NCBI RefSeq assembly: GCF_963921235.1
Contig: NC_086104.1
Location: forward strand, 75,826,001 to 75,890,000
Direction of reading: 5' to 3'
DNA from: Mobula hypostoma
Taxonomy: Eukaryota
DNA length: 64,000 bases
Shown: piece after piece, positions 23,760-37,213 of the stretch
Layout: each line of letters begins with the position of its first letter
Position numbering within the stretch: the first letter of the stretch is position 1
Translations under genes and position numbers: made by a program
Notes under the pieces: generated by a model
Told to the model about the DNA's origin: nothing
Databases searched by the model: none
The model's input: the letters and a program-made list of their open reading frames with translations, nothing else

Positions 23760-24443
23760 TATGTAATAATAAAGAGCACACAAACCAATTGGTGCCAGAT
23801 ATATGATCAATGTAACTGTGGATTAGCTGAAAGAACTCAAATTCCAGTCAGGATGTTGTGGTATGAAACTCTGAAAGATATGAGAACTAAAATTTTGGCT
23901 GATAGTGCTCTACATAAGTGTGATACCGTTCCTATCTCTTTGGTAAGATACTTCATCATAGCTCTCTCAGATTGGTGTAAAAGATCACAGGGTGCTACCC
24001 AATGCCAAAGTTTATTCTTCCCACAATACCACTAAAATAAAAAATTTTGGTTATTGTACAGTTAATTGTGCAAGCTTGCTGCGTGCCAGCTGGCTATTGC
24101 ATTTCCTGTAAATGACTTCCCTGCAACTGTGGTTAAATTGGCTGTAAAGCATTTTGGACTGTCTCTAAGTTACTACCGATGGTATAAAATTAGCAGGTGT
24201 CACTTTCATATCTTTTGGATGATTTTGCATTTCTGCAGTCAGTTTGTTAGCAAAAGACAATACATCATAGTGTGCAACAACTGCTTTCTAACATGTCAAT
24301 GAAAAAAGCAGCAGTTACTTGGGAGAGTTGACATAGGTGTTGTTTCATTGTGTGGACTTAAAAGCCCCCATAGATATAACTTCCACATTGGACTTACAGT
24401 TTTACAGAAAGGTATTTGATCCATTGTTTGTACCAAAACTCAC

Positions 24444-24568
24444 CTTGCCAACCAGGGCTGGAATATTCATTGAATTAGTGGCAAACCCCATCCCGAAGGT
24501 CATCGCTGCCTCTACTCCCAAAAACTGCGTGACTAGTTCCTCAAGCTGAATATGCTTGTCAAGGTTAC
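24444..24568 (-). CDS. SPTLC3: SPTLC3 internal coding exon (probable exon 5), 125 bp
   Basis: (G)[41 protein letters not shown]. Acceptor ttttgcag|GT, donor AAG|gtgagt. Phase compatible. Confidence 0.92.
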
Positions 24569-25356
24569 CTGCAAAACCAAACCACAGGGAACCAATTAAA
24601 AATGATATATACATCATAACAGACCTCATTCTGCTGTCCTGGTGCCTCTCTGCCCATTATTATAGGCCCTCTCTTCATCCATTGGACTCAGCCTGCCCCC
24701 ATGACTGGCTGGAGTGAACACGGACATCTGACTTTACTGCTCTTTGCAAGAGTCCAGCAGCATGTTCTCGAGGCTGCCTCAGCTTCAGGGTGCACAGTAG
24801 CAATCCCAGCTCTCAAAGTGAACCTAACAGCAGACATGATGGAGGTTCCCTCTGATTGTAAGTGTTGACATATTGTTGGTAAATAGGAACCTGAATGAAC
24901 TATTTAAAAAAAGTCAAAAGCATTCACAAGGTAAAATATAACCGCTGAAAGCACAAAATTGCTTAAAGTAAGAACATTAGACCAAATACATTTCGAAAAA
25001 CTAGGCCATATTAAAAAAAAAGTCAAACAGGATTGAATAGCAAAGCGAACTTAACTAGTCAAATGGCCAAACTATATTTTATGGTATTATCTTCCCCTTT
25101 AGCTCCTACAGTGTTGCCCTGTGATTCTGATTGGAGTCAGTGAGATCTCAGATAACGCAGAAGATCTGACGTACTAGAGGACAATCTGGGCAGCAAGTCC
25201 TCAGTGCAGGTCTGAGACCTCTCCATAGGACTGAGCCCAAACTCTGGACTCCATGGAGAGCTCATGGAGACACAGTTTTCCATATTTCAACACATACGAT
25301 CCAGGCGTTTTGATGTGGGACAGTTTAATGGGAACAAACCAAGATTAAAAGTCTGG

Positions 25357-25947
25357 GAACACGAGGAAATCTGCAGATGCTGGAAATTCAAGCAACGCAC
25401 ATAAAAAATGCTGATGAACGCAGCAGGCCAGGCAGCATCTATAGGGAGAGGTACAGTTGATGTTTCGGGCCGAGACCCTTCGTCAGGACTAACTGAAAGA
25501 AGAGATAGAAAGAGATTTGAAAGTGGGAGGGGGAGGGGGAGATCCGAAATGATAGGAGAAGACAGGAGGGGGAGGGATGGAGCTAAGAGCTGGAAAGTTG
25601 ATTGACCTAGGGAGAAAGAAAGGGGGAGGGAAGCCCAGAGGACGGGCAAGGAGTTATAGTGAGAGGGACAGAGAGAGAAAATAAGGAAAAATAAATAAAT
25701 AAATAAGGGATGGGGTACGAAAGGGAGGTGGGGCATTAACGGAAGTTAGAGAAGTCAATGTTCATGCCATCAGGTTGGAGGCTACCCAGAGGGAATATAA
25801 GGTGTTGTTCCTCCAACCTGAGTGTGGCTTCATCTTGACAGTAGAGGAGGCTGTGGATAGACATATCAGAATGGGAATGGGACGTGGAATTAAAATGTGT
25901 GGCCACTGGTACGTGGAATTAAAATATGTGGCCAAATTAAATTAAAC
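25357..25947 (-). mobile_element. Neptune PLE 3' fragment with a mutated hammerhead (25455-25490)
   Basis: Homologous to 40520-41125; TSD TAAAAGTCTGG at 25346-25356 and 25948-25958. Confidence 0.88.
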
Positions 25948-26059
25948 TAAAAGTCTGGCCCACTTTTCCTAGGTTAGCAGACTTGCACAGAGGTATACCT
26001 ATGCAGGAAGGAGGCCTAATCGCAGAAATCAAGATTCCAATACAAGTAGAATTTAAACT

Positions 26060-26755
26060 ACCTGTGGATAACGAATAAACTCTTCTTGGGCTTCCAGCCA
26101 GGTATAAGTAACAATTATAATTGATGTTTCGATGACAAACTCTGCCACTTTCTTCCTATGGCTACTGTGAATGCAGTGTTCTGCTACCGCTGATTTCTCC
26201 GGGTAACCCAAACGGATACACCTTCTATGCTCCTTGATGTAGGTTTCCATTGTGCGTCCCTTCTGGTCGATATATGCTGCTCCGCATTCACAGGGAATCC
26301 TGTTAACGCCAGCCCATCTGAGTTGCGTAAGCTGCGACTTGAGCTTCCTTTCTGTAGCCATGTCATGCGTAATCATCTTATTTCCTCAGGGAGACTTTCC
26401 GGGTCCAAAATAGTTTTCACACGGTTAATCAAAGTACAAAGAACCACTCTACGTTGCGAGGCGTGATGGTTGTTGTTATTGTTGAGGTATATGTCTCTAT
26501 GAGTTTCCAACAGATGCCATGCCGGAGGCTACTGTCCGGTTACCATGATACTAGAATGTCCAGGAACATGACGCAACCATTCTTCTTCATCTCCATCATA
26601 AATTGAATGCTTGGATGTATACTGTTCAGATGGTCTTGGAACTGTTGGAGTGCCTGGAGTCCATGAGGCCTCTCTATGAAGGTGTTATTGAGGTATCTGA
26701 AGAAGCATTTGGGGGCATAAGGCCAGACTGGTTTCACGAAGGAACACCACAAGGC
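26060..26755 (-). mobile_element. Inverted partial copy of the Poseidon-type PLE (RT C-terminus, GIY-YIG, 3' end)
   Basis: HLNSIHPSIQFMMEMKKNGCVMFLDILV and GVNRIPCECGAAYIDQKGR...KEH...SAVAEH. Terminal sequence is the reverse complement of ~27983-28050. Confidence 0.82.
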
Positions 26756-26799
26756 AGGTCAGGAAATACAACAAAATATCCAAACAAAGGCAGGCATCC

Positions 26800-28092
26800 C
26801 ACCACTGGACCCAGAAAGGATTGTCATCAATTAAACCGGGCAAAGTATCAACATTGTGACTAGTTCAGTCCTTGCCAAGGGTCCCCAGAGCTATACCTTA
26901 TCAGGACTACATTGGTGGAGTAGAGCAAGCAATCCAAAAACTACCACCGGATACCGCAGAGGAGGTAAGGGTAGAGGTCTGCATGGCCCTCAAAAGAGCC
27001 ATGCTGAAACTGAATATTACAAAAGGAGAGCAACTGGCTCTCCAGCCACTACAGTGAAACCCAGCCATCATGATTTTCCCAGCAGACAAAGGAAATGCAA
27101 CGATCCTGATGTCGTTGGAGGAATACCATAGGAAAGTCCAGATCCCACCTGGAGTTCTACAGCAGGGTTCCATGGATTCGATTGCAAGGAAGACCTCCAC
27201 TTTACCAAAGAAATCCGGACTGCCAGTAGACATATGCAAGGCACTTCTGCCTCAGGTGCCGGTACCACCAAGACTTTACGGGCTCCCTCAGATACACAAG
27301 GAGGGTTTGCCCCTGAGGCCTATCGTCAGTGGGATAGACTCTCTAGCATACTACCACGCAAAGCATTTAATGATCATGCTGTTTCCCTTTACTGGGGACT
27401 GTGGGCATCACATCACAAATTTGACCAACTTTGTTAAAATGATCACCAACATCCAGCTGAACCCAGAGAAGATAATAGTCAGTTTTGATGTGATGTTCCT
27501 GTTCACGAGAGTTCCTATTAAGGACAGCTTGGTCCCTCTGCTGTCAAGGTTTGATAAGGGCTCCACTGATCTTTCTGAACATACCCTATGAGGGGAGCTA
27601 CCATGAACAAACGGACGAGAGACCATGGGATCGCCCTTGTCACCAGCTATTACTAATCTCTACGTGGAGGACTGTTGGGGAGAGGGCGCTGTGTTCATTG
27701 CCCTTACACCCCAAATGCTTCTTCAGTATGTCGATGACAACTTTCGTAGTGTGGACTCATGGACTCCAGGCACTCCAACAGTTTCACAACTTCGACAGCA
27801 CAAAACTACTGTGCTTTAACAAAGATGAAGGTTTCGCTGTAAGTAAGAACTGGAATTCGATTGTAAACAAGGCGGGAGAGTGGAAGCCTGACTGGTTGAG
27901 GACTAACCAATCAGGAGGGACGGACTACGGGAGTATAAATATGACTGGACTAAAAATGCACAGGCATCATCCCTGATGAAGAGGGCAGAGTTTGTCATTG
28001 AAATGTCGGTTATAATCAATATCTGCACCTGGCTGGAAGCCCGAGAAGAGTGAGTTTTTTTGTCATATACACCTGGAAAACACCAGATCCTT
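26800..28092 (+). mobile_element. Penelope-like element (Poseidon type), decayed and internally deleted
   Basis: VLAKG; PADKGNATILM; PPRLYGLPQIHKEGLPLRPIVS; SFDV..LFTRVP; MGSPLSP; YVDD; 3' hammerhead-like CTGATGA...GAAA at ~27973-28008. Confidence 0.85.
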
Positions 28093-28432
28093 TTTACCTG
28101 GGAATAACACTGGACAAAAAAGATTTTGCTTCCTGTATACCTTTAGGTGTATCTTATGAATTTTTGGCTACTGATCATGAAAATCACCATGAAATTTCCC
28201 TGTCACACACCATTTTTTAAAATAAACTTATGTTTATTACTTCAATTCATAATTCAAGTCAATTAAAATGTTGCCTACAATGTAAGCTGGAAAGTTTCCT
28301 ATCTTGTCCAGGCATGCTTGGGCATGCTTAGGCAGCACGGCTGCTGCATGGCAGGACAGGTTTTAGTAATAATTATTGGGTTCAGGACTGTAAGGATGGA
28401 ATTTGCTATCACCAGGCACAAAAATTTCTATG

Positions 28433-28604
28433 CAACACACATCAAAGTTGCTGGTGAACGCAGCAGGCCAGGCAGCATCTCTAGGAAGAGGTACAGTCGA
28501 CGTTTCAGGCCGAGACCCTTCGCCAGAACCCTTCGTCGTTCATCAGCAACTTTGATGTGTGTTGCTTGAATTTCCAGCATCTGCAGAATTCCTGTTGTTT
28601 GTGT
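28433..28604. mobile_element. Inverted (fold-back) Neptune PLE 3' fragment
   Basis: A minus-sense arm is joined to a plus-sense arm of the same 3' end; 15-bp TSD ACAAAAATTTCTATG at 28418-28432 and 28605-28619. Confidence 0.85.
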
Positions 28605-28645
28605 ACAAAAATTTCTATGAAGGATTTTGATATTTGAGACAGACG

Positions 28646-29408
28646 TGTTATGCCAGCAGCAATAGATATGAATTTGAGTCCGGTTTTTATAAAATAAACA
28701 ACGACATTTATTAACCTCTACTCAAATAAACATGAAACAGTAAACAAACGAATAACTTGAACGGGTGTTAACAGTGTTATGCGTTTATAGTTATCAAACA
28801 GTTGAGCTTAAAGACAATTCTTAACACATCTTATTTAAGCACAGCCTTAAGGTGGTAATTTGATAAGTCCAAATGATCCCTGAAATATTCGAGAGGACAG
28901 ACTTCCCAAATCAGCTTTGGCACAGTCCCCGAAGTAAAGACTTCACTGCTGACGCAGCTCTCAGCCGAAATGTCTTGTCCAAAGTTATGACACCGAATAC
29001 GATTTCTGAAAGTAACTGACCTTTCCACTAAGTGATCATCGCACAACCCAAACCGTGTCAGGGTTAACAAAACGTGCGTGCCACGTACGGACAGTTCCAA
29101 ATATCAGTCACACCTGTAATGCGCCGAATGTCGCTGGTTAACCCCAATCCTTTTGGGGTTCGTTCCCAGCTGGGGATTCTTTACTCTCACTCTTTCTTCT
29201 TCTCCGATGCCATAATAACCAATGGTGGACTCCCAACAAAACGAACTATGCAACAACTGCAGTTTCCCCTTATATACCAGTTGGAACATGCCATCACCCC
29301 ACTATCACAAGACAATTACATCATTCCAATAGCACAAGACTATTACATTGTTCCAATAGCATAAGACAATTACATCATATTCACGAGATACTTACGGGAC
29401 AGGTAACA
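28646..29408. mobile_element. Solo LTR (Gypsy type, 763 bp) inserted in the Chapaev3-like transposase
   Basis: TGTTA...TAACA ends; TSD GACG/GATG; removing it rejoins the transposase (GF*YLRQM|LPRITDAEIK); internal ~27-bp tandem repeat at 29308-29378. Confidence 0.8.
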
Positions 29409-32400
29409 GATGCTTCCCAGAATAACTGATGCCGAGATTAAGGAAAGCATTTTTATTGGTCCACGAATCAAATAGGTCATCAATGACAGGCAATTTGAAG
29501 AATTTCTAGTGGGACTGGAGAAAATCGCATGGAAGGCATTCAAGGAAGTTGTTGAAATTTTTCTTGGCATCTACAGAGCACCAAACTACATGCAGTTGGT
29601 TGAAAGCATGCTTCAAGCATATAAAACCATGAAATGTAACATGTCACTAAAAATTCATTTTCTGCATTCCCATTTAGACTTTGTCCCTCCAAATCTTGGT
29701 GCTGTTAGTGACGAGCATGGTGAAAGGTTTCACTAGGACATTGTGGTCATGGAGAAAAGATACCAGGGCAACTGGAATCCATCAATGCTGGCGAATTATT
29801 GTTGGACACAAGCGAGAAGCCTCAGACACTGAGGACAAATGAAAACCATTAACAAAGTATTTTTAACTGAGTTGAACTATTGCAAAGCATCAGCACCATT
29901 ATGCAATTAAACACATTATATTCAATAAAAGTTAATTTGTTGTTTCTCCAAATTCCTACGTGATACAAGTAGTCTGAAATTATACTTGTGTTCATCTTCA
30001 AGCAGTCTATCATAAACAAAAAAAAATTCTGAGGAAGCAACTCCTTTGAAAAAAATTTGTTGTCCAGTGTAATTAACAGTAGGAAGATATGAATATTTTT
30101 TGATATGAGCAATTCTGAACTTATTACAATGATAAGAATGAATTATGTTTCCAATGACAAAATTAGTTTTTGAAGTGTTCTCACATTGGATATAAAACTG
30201 GAAAACAATGCTGAAAAAGGCTGATGGAAGCAGATTAACTTTCAAAATTCACTTGCCAAGGATTTTACAGGATATTGGAAAAAGAACAGAGACTTTGGGA
30301 TTAATTGAGTGGCAAATTCTGAGAGACACCTCAGGGCCAATGAGTCAAGTAGCTCCTTTCTGAACTATATCATTTGAAAAAGGATCCAGTATCATTTGAA
30401 ATTAGAGGCGATGATTGGGAAAGAGATGGCAAAGTGAATGAGTGTGAAGTTTCAGGTGTCAGATGCAGCAGCCTCGTACCCAGTGCTGGGTAATGTATAC
30501 AGAAGCAATGGTGATCATTCGGCTCTTGAACATTTAGATCATGGCAAGTCAGTACTTTAACCCCATCCACGCAACTTGTTCTATATTCATAAAACCTGGG
30601 CAAAACAAAATTGATTTTAGCTTTGAAACTTTCAAGTCATACACAATGGTAGATTTTTGGGGAGAATTCCAGATTTTCTCATTGCTTACTCAATGTGATG
30701 AAGGGCTTCCTGATAGAAGCCAAATTCAGAATCAGATTTATTATCACAGACAAATGACGTGTAACAGTGCAAGGGATTACTGCAGCCGCTCCCTTGACTG
30801 GATGGCTAGATATTTTCTCATGATTGCTAGCAGACAGGCATTTCAGATCCTGAAGAGAACTTTGTCAGCACTTTTGTGAGGGTCACCAATCAGGGCGCAC
30901 TTATTTTCATCTTTGATGTTCATAAGGTCCTGCAGACTCATTGAAAGCATTGGTTGATCAAGTACCCTGAGATTGGAGCTGACGTTACTTTTGGTTGGAT
31001 ATTTATTGGTCCAGCATCCCAGTCTAGACCTTCTGATCTTGCTGGTCTGCAAAAGCAAAGTGTATTTGTGTCCATACAGACTTTTGCCCCTTCTCTTCCC
31101 ACCCCCGTCGTTCATAACTCAACCTCTTATGACCATGTTGTTGTAAGCCCCTATCTTCTCCAGTTACAGAGTGGGAAAGGTAAAACCACCATCTTTAGCC
31201 AATCTCACCTTGCACAAATTTCATTCCCCACCATCTACCCCATAGGCTGACTCAGACTATTTATAACCACAAGATCTTCTATGATTCTACAGCTTTGCCC
31301 AGTCCTCCTCCTCAAGCACTCAGTGTGATTCCTATACTCCAGGACCATATCAAGGCTGCATTTCATCTCAACAAGAGCTATTCATATATTAATGACCTGA
31401 ATAAGCTTTAGTTCAGCAGCACCTCCTCAGAAGTTTTTCATCCAGTTTCCAAATTCGCCCACAGTCTTGACATTTTCCCCACCGACACCTCTTCCAGCCT
31501 TTCAACCCTCTAAAATATGTCCCTTGGATAATAAACTCTTATCATTACCCGGTTCAAATTTGCCCACAGCTGTTGTCTTCAGCTGCAAAGGCTTCAACTT
31601 TAGATTTCACTTCTACACCTCTTAAACTGCTGCAGAAAATTTATTTCTTCAAACAAATTTTTGATCATATCTCTGAATAACTTTGTCGCACTGATCAATT
31701 TTTAAAATGCTCATGAACCACTTTGTATTATCTTATCGTATAAATGCAAACAGTTGTTTATGTGACATTGTAAGACCTCTGCAAGTTCCCTGTAGAATAA
31801 AGGCATTGGAATGTCAGGTGTAGCTCAGGTGAGTCTATTTTAATTGTACAGCTGTCGTGTTCAGACTTGTTAAAGATTAAAAAAAGAATACAGACCATTT
31901 AATGTCCCAAAGTTTATTTTTATAACCCACTAAATATGTTCAAAATGTGGTCAGCATTGCAAAGGAAAAGTTTTGAATGCAATTGAGTATGCAATCTTTT
32001 TCTCAATTGTTATGTTAAAATTGTTTAATGCTGTGACACCATTCATCACATTATTGGGTAGTGAGCCAAGATCTGTGAGAACTGAGATTCATTCCAGTAT
32101 CCAAAATGCATTGAAAACAAGAAAACTTTGAACTCATTTTCTCTGCATTCCACCTATGAAGAGTTAAAATTGAATTTACTGCCTTATACTGTTGATATCC
32201 TCAATGAGTAGAGACAAAGAGTAACTTGATCAGCATTTGATATCACAAGGTTCAAGAACAAACAGGCCATTCATATCAGAGATCTGTCATATCGTTCACT
32301 CAGTCTAACCCCACTCATTTTCCTCTTCTCTGTAAGCATCAAATGTCCTTTCATTTAAAAAAAATGATCTATTTCCTTCTCTCTTGCAACCTTTGCATTG

Positions 32401-33664
32401 GTAACAAGAGTATCGTGTTCTGCTATGGAGAAATACCACAGATTGCTCAAAGTATTTTAGAACTAGCGAACATCCTACCAGGAAATTGGTCAATCCATTG
32501 AATTTAAAGTACAAGTAGTCTGTGTTTTTTTCTTTAAGTGCACACTTGATTAGAGGTTCTATCAGAGTTTAGAACAATGCTCTTTTATTTTCCTTTGTTT
32601 GTGATCTATTGCCAAGAGATTCCAAAAATACATCTTGGATACAGTGTCGCGAGTCAGCAGTCATTTTAAACTCGGGGGAGATGGACACAAATCAAAGTTC
32701 AAAGTAAATTTATTATCAAAATACATATCTATCACCATATCCAACCCTGCGATTCATCTACTTGCCTGCAGTCAAAGTAAATACAAGAAAATGACATCTC
32801 AGGGCGCAATAATTCTATCCACACTGTCTATAAACCAGTATTTCATTCACTCCTTTTTGAAACAATAATAGGAAAAAAAAAGCTATTTTCCTGAATGCTG
32901 GAATTCTAGGTCTTATATTATTGACAAAAGATTGAAAGGAGGCAAGAGGAGCCAATTTGTGAGTAGTCATGGTCTGGAACTGTACTAAAAAAAAAGAGCT
33001 GCAGAGATGGTTATGGATCAGGGACTTTATCTTTTGCCCAAAACTCTGTACGAAAGTGGGACAGAAGAGCCAGCATGTACACAATGTCCTGAATGGCCTC
33101 ATATTGTGCTGGAAGTTCCTATGATTTATCTAGAGTTACTTCTGTATCTAAAGCTTTATAGAATTATTATACCAAGTAGATGACCTAACTCATTGGGCAC
33201 ATGCTTTGTTGAGAAATTCACCTTGCCCTTTCTCGAGCTTCCTTCTGAGTCTAGAAAATTATTTTCACACATGAAACTTGCTACGTTTGCACTTGCAAGT
33301 CATTTCTAAAGTGTGGTGATCAGTTTAATAGCTATCTATGAAGAACAGATCCCTTATTCTTTCCTAATGGCTCTCCAATGTGTCCCATCATTTGTAAAGG
33401 TTTATATATGTATACCTAGTTTCTTCACAGCCTTTAGAACTGTGACAACTGCCTCCCCAGCTCCTTATCCCAGTGCATATCATGTACACTTCTTTATTAA
33501 ATGTCATCCACTGCCTGCTTGCCCAACATACTCTTGAAGTATACTCCTTATTGTTAACCACACCCAAAGTATGCAAATTTTGAAACTTTATCCATATCTA
33601 GACTATTAATATCCAGCAAAGCTGCAACACCTCAGGGCATGGATCAGCAAATGGAATTATGATA

Positions 33665-36230
33665 TTTAACGAGCCTTTGTTGCAGGAGGGGCGGGACTGG
33701 CGGCGTTACTAGCCAGGGAACCTATCACGGCAGTGCTCAGTCAGGACAGACTGGAGAACTCGTCTTGTGAGGCTTTATGGGTGGAACTGAATAATAAGAA
33801 AGACATAACCACGTTAATGGAATTATATTAAGAAACTTAAGGTTGTTACTGTAGGTGATTTTAACTTTCCACATATAGACTGGTACTCCCATTCTGTAAG
33901 GGGACTAAATGAGACAAAGTTGGTCATATGTGTTCATGGAAGCTTCCTTAATTAGTACATAGAAGTCCCAACCAGAGAATGTGACACTTGATCTCTAACT
34001 TGGGAATGTGACAGGGCAGGTGACAGTAGTTTGTGTAGGGGAACACTTAGCATCTAGTGATCATACCACCATTAGTTTCATGCAAAAAGGCAAGTCTGGT
34101 CCTTTGGCTGACATTCTAATTTTGAGGAAGCTCAATTCAGGCAGTGTGCATTAGAACAGGCTGTTTTCTGGCAAAAGTGTACTTAGTAAGTTGGAGGCTT
34201 CAAAAGTAAAATGTTGAGTGCACAAAGCCTGTATGTGTCTGTCAGAATAAAAGGCAAAGATAACAGGTTTAGAGAATCTTGGTTTTCAAGAGATATTGAG
34301 GCCCTGGTTAAGAAAAAAAGTGCATAGGAGGTAAGAACAAATGAAGTACTTGAGGTGTATAAGAAATGCAAGAAAACACTTAAGAAAGAAATCAGGAGGG
34401 CTAAAAGAAGGCATAAGGTTGCTTTAGCAGACAAGGTGAAGGAGAATACCAAAGACTTCTACAGATACGTTAAGAGCAAAAGGATTGCAAGGGACAAAAT
34501 TGGTTCTCTAGAAGATCAGAATGGTAATCTATGTGTGGAACCAAAAAAGAGGAGGAAAATCATAAATGGATTTTTTTTGCATCTGTGTTTACTCAGGTTA
34601 CGGGAACAAAGCCTACAGAAGTGAGGCAAGCAGCAGTGAGGTCAAGGATCCTACACAGATTAGAGAGAAGGAGATGTTTGCTGTTTTGAGGCAAATTAGG
34701 ATGGACAAATCCCCAGGGCCTTACATGTGTTTTCTCTCACCCTGTAGGAGATAACTGCAGAAATTGCAGAGGTCCGAGCAAAGATATTTAAATCCTCCTT
34801 AGTGACAGGTAGTTAGTAAAGTACCAGAAGATTGGAGCATAGCTAATGTTGCCCTGCTGTTTAAGAAAGGCTTTAAGAATAAACCAGGAAATGATAGGCT
34901 GGTGAGCCTGAGATCAGTTGTGGGAAGGTTATTGGAAGGTATTCTAAGGGACCAGATATATCAGTATTTAGATAGACAGGGACTGATTAGGCTTTGTGCA
35001 TGAATGATCACGTCTAACCAATCTTGCAGAGTTTTTCGAGGAAGATACAAGGAAAGTTGAAGGGAAGGCAGTGGATGTTGTCTACATGGACTTCAGCAAA
35101 GCATCTGACAAGGTCTCGCATGAGAGGTTGGTCGCTTGGCATTCAAGATGAGGTAGTAAATTGGATTAGACATTGGCTTTGTGGGAGAAGCCAGAGAGTG
35201 GTAGTAGATGGTTGCCTCTCTGATTGGAGGTCTGTTTCTAGTGGGGTGCTGCAGGGATCCGTGTTGGGTCCATTGTTGTTTATCACCTATATCAATGATC
35301 TGGATAATATTGTGGTTATCTGGATTAGCAAATCTGTGGATGACACCAAGATTGTGGGGGGGGGGGGGTGTAGTGTACAGTGAGGAAGACTATCAAAGCT
35401 TGCAGTGGGATATGGATCAGCTGGAAAAATGGGCCGAAAAATGGCAGACAGAATTTAATGCAGGCAAGTGTAAGGTGCTGCATCATGGTGGGACCAACCA
35501 GAGTAGGTCTTACACAGTGAGTGGTAGGGCACTGAGGAGCGTGGCAGAACAGAGGGATCTGTGAATGCAGGTCCATAATTCATTGAAAGTGGCATCACAG
35601 GTTGATAGGGCTGTAAAGAGAGGTTTCGGCACATTCACCTTCATAGATCAAAGTATGGAGTATAGGAGTTGGGATGTTACGTTGAAATTGCATAAGGTGT
35701 TGGCGAGGCCTAATTTGGAGTGTTGTGGGTAGTTTTGGTCACCTACATATGGGAAAGATGTAAATAGGATTGAAAGAGGACAGAGAAAATTTACAAGGAT
35801 GTTGCTGGGACTGGAGGGCCTGAGCTATAAGGGAAGACTGAACAGATTAAAATTTTTTCCCCTAGAATGTAGAAGACTGAGGGGAGATTTGATAGAGGTA
35901 TGTAACATTATGAGGGGTGTAGGTGGGGTAAATCCAAGCAGGTTTTTCCCGCTGAGATTGGGTAAAACAACAACTGGAGCTGATAGCTTAAGGTGAAATG
36001 TTTAAGGGGAACATGAGGCCAAGCTTCTTCACTCAGAGGGTGGAGAGAGTGTGAAACAAGCTGCCAATGCAAGTGGTGGATGAGATTTTAATTTCAACGT
36101 TTAAAAGAAGTTTGAATAGATGCATGGATGGGAGGGCTATGGAGGGCTGTAAACCAGGTTCAGGCTAATGGGACGAGACAACTTAAATGGTTCAACAGAC
36201 TAGATGGGCTGGAGGATCTGTTTCTACGAC
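33665..36230 (+). mobile_element. CR1 LINE, long decayed fragment (EN, RT, 3' end)
   Basis: VGDFNFPHIDW; DKSPGP; VDVVYMDFSKA; SGVLQGSVLGPLLF..YINDLD; EFNAGKCKVLH; RRLRGDLIEV. Confidence 0.9.
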
Positions 36231-36659
36231 TAATTCCAGCATAGACCTCCAGCCTGAAAAACAAGATTTCTACAACTCCACTTTTTGGTGTTTGGAGTAA
36301 CTTGATGTAGTTGTGGTGCAGCCTTTAGAAATTGAGGAGAACTAATGGCAGCACTTAGGACATCAAGGGATGCAGAAAATACATTGCATTATCTGAGAAA
36401 CACTTACGACCACAGATCAGCTAGGCTGTGGTTTGCATGAACTGTCGTGAGAGCCCTGCAGGGAAGGGGCTGGCTCTCGGTTGAGAGTGGTGAGATACGT
36501 CCACGCTGCTATATCTTTCAACAGGTGATAGTCATGTTGGCCACACCACACACTACACTCCTGATGTTCAAAGGTTCATTTATTATCACAGTGCAAAACT
36601 CTGTGGTTCTTCTTCTCCAGATAGCCACGAAACCAAGAAAAAAAAAAGAATGGCAATAT

Positions 36660-37213
36660 GATCAGAATCAGAATCCTTTATTATCGTCAAGTATGTGGAC
36701 ACATACAGGGAATTTGATGCCGGTTTCCCTGAGCTCTCGCTGTACAGAATCAAAAAGCAAACAAAACAATAGTGCAAATAATCGTGAACTATAAACAATG
36801 AGGTATACCTGTGTATGTACAGGTGGACTTGGTTCATAATAGACTAAAATTCAAGTGTTCATAAGACTGATGGCATATGGAAAGAAACTGTTCTTGTAGC
36901 TATTTGTCCTGGCATACAGTGATTTAAAGCGCCTACCAGAAGGAAGGAGTTGGAACAGGTGACGTCCAGGGTGTGATGGGTCTACAATGATGCTGCTTGC
37001 TCACTTCCCGTCTCTAGATGCATAGAAGTCCTGGATCGAGGGCAGCTTCACACCAATAATCCTTTCCACAGCCCTGACGGTTCTTTGGAGTCCATTCTTG
37101 TCTTGTTTGGTAGCTGATCCAAACCAGACAGTGATGGACGAACAGAGAACAGACTGGATTATTCCTGAATAGAATTGAATCAGCAGCTCCTGAGGCAGGT
37201 TGTACTTCCTGAT
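36660..37213 (-). mobile_element. Rex1/Babar-like LINE 3' fragment nested in a non-coding element
   Basis: LLIQFYSGIIQSVLCSSITVWFGS; (GATTCT)n tail; short TGATCA duplication. Confidence 0.8.

Larger units (their letters stand above)
28108..30069 (+). mobile_element. Chapaev3-like (CMC) DNA transposon, internally deleted, with two nested inserts
   Basis: Termini CACTGGACAA...TTGTCCAGTG; TSD TAA at 28105-28107 and 30070-30072; transposase C-terminus MSLKIHFLHSHLDF..NLGAVSDEHGERFH*DI..MEKRYQG. Superfamily assigned from recalled motif. Confidence 0.78.
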
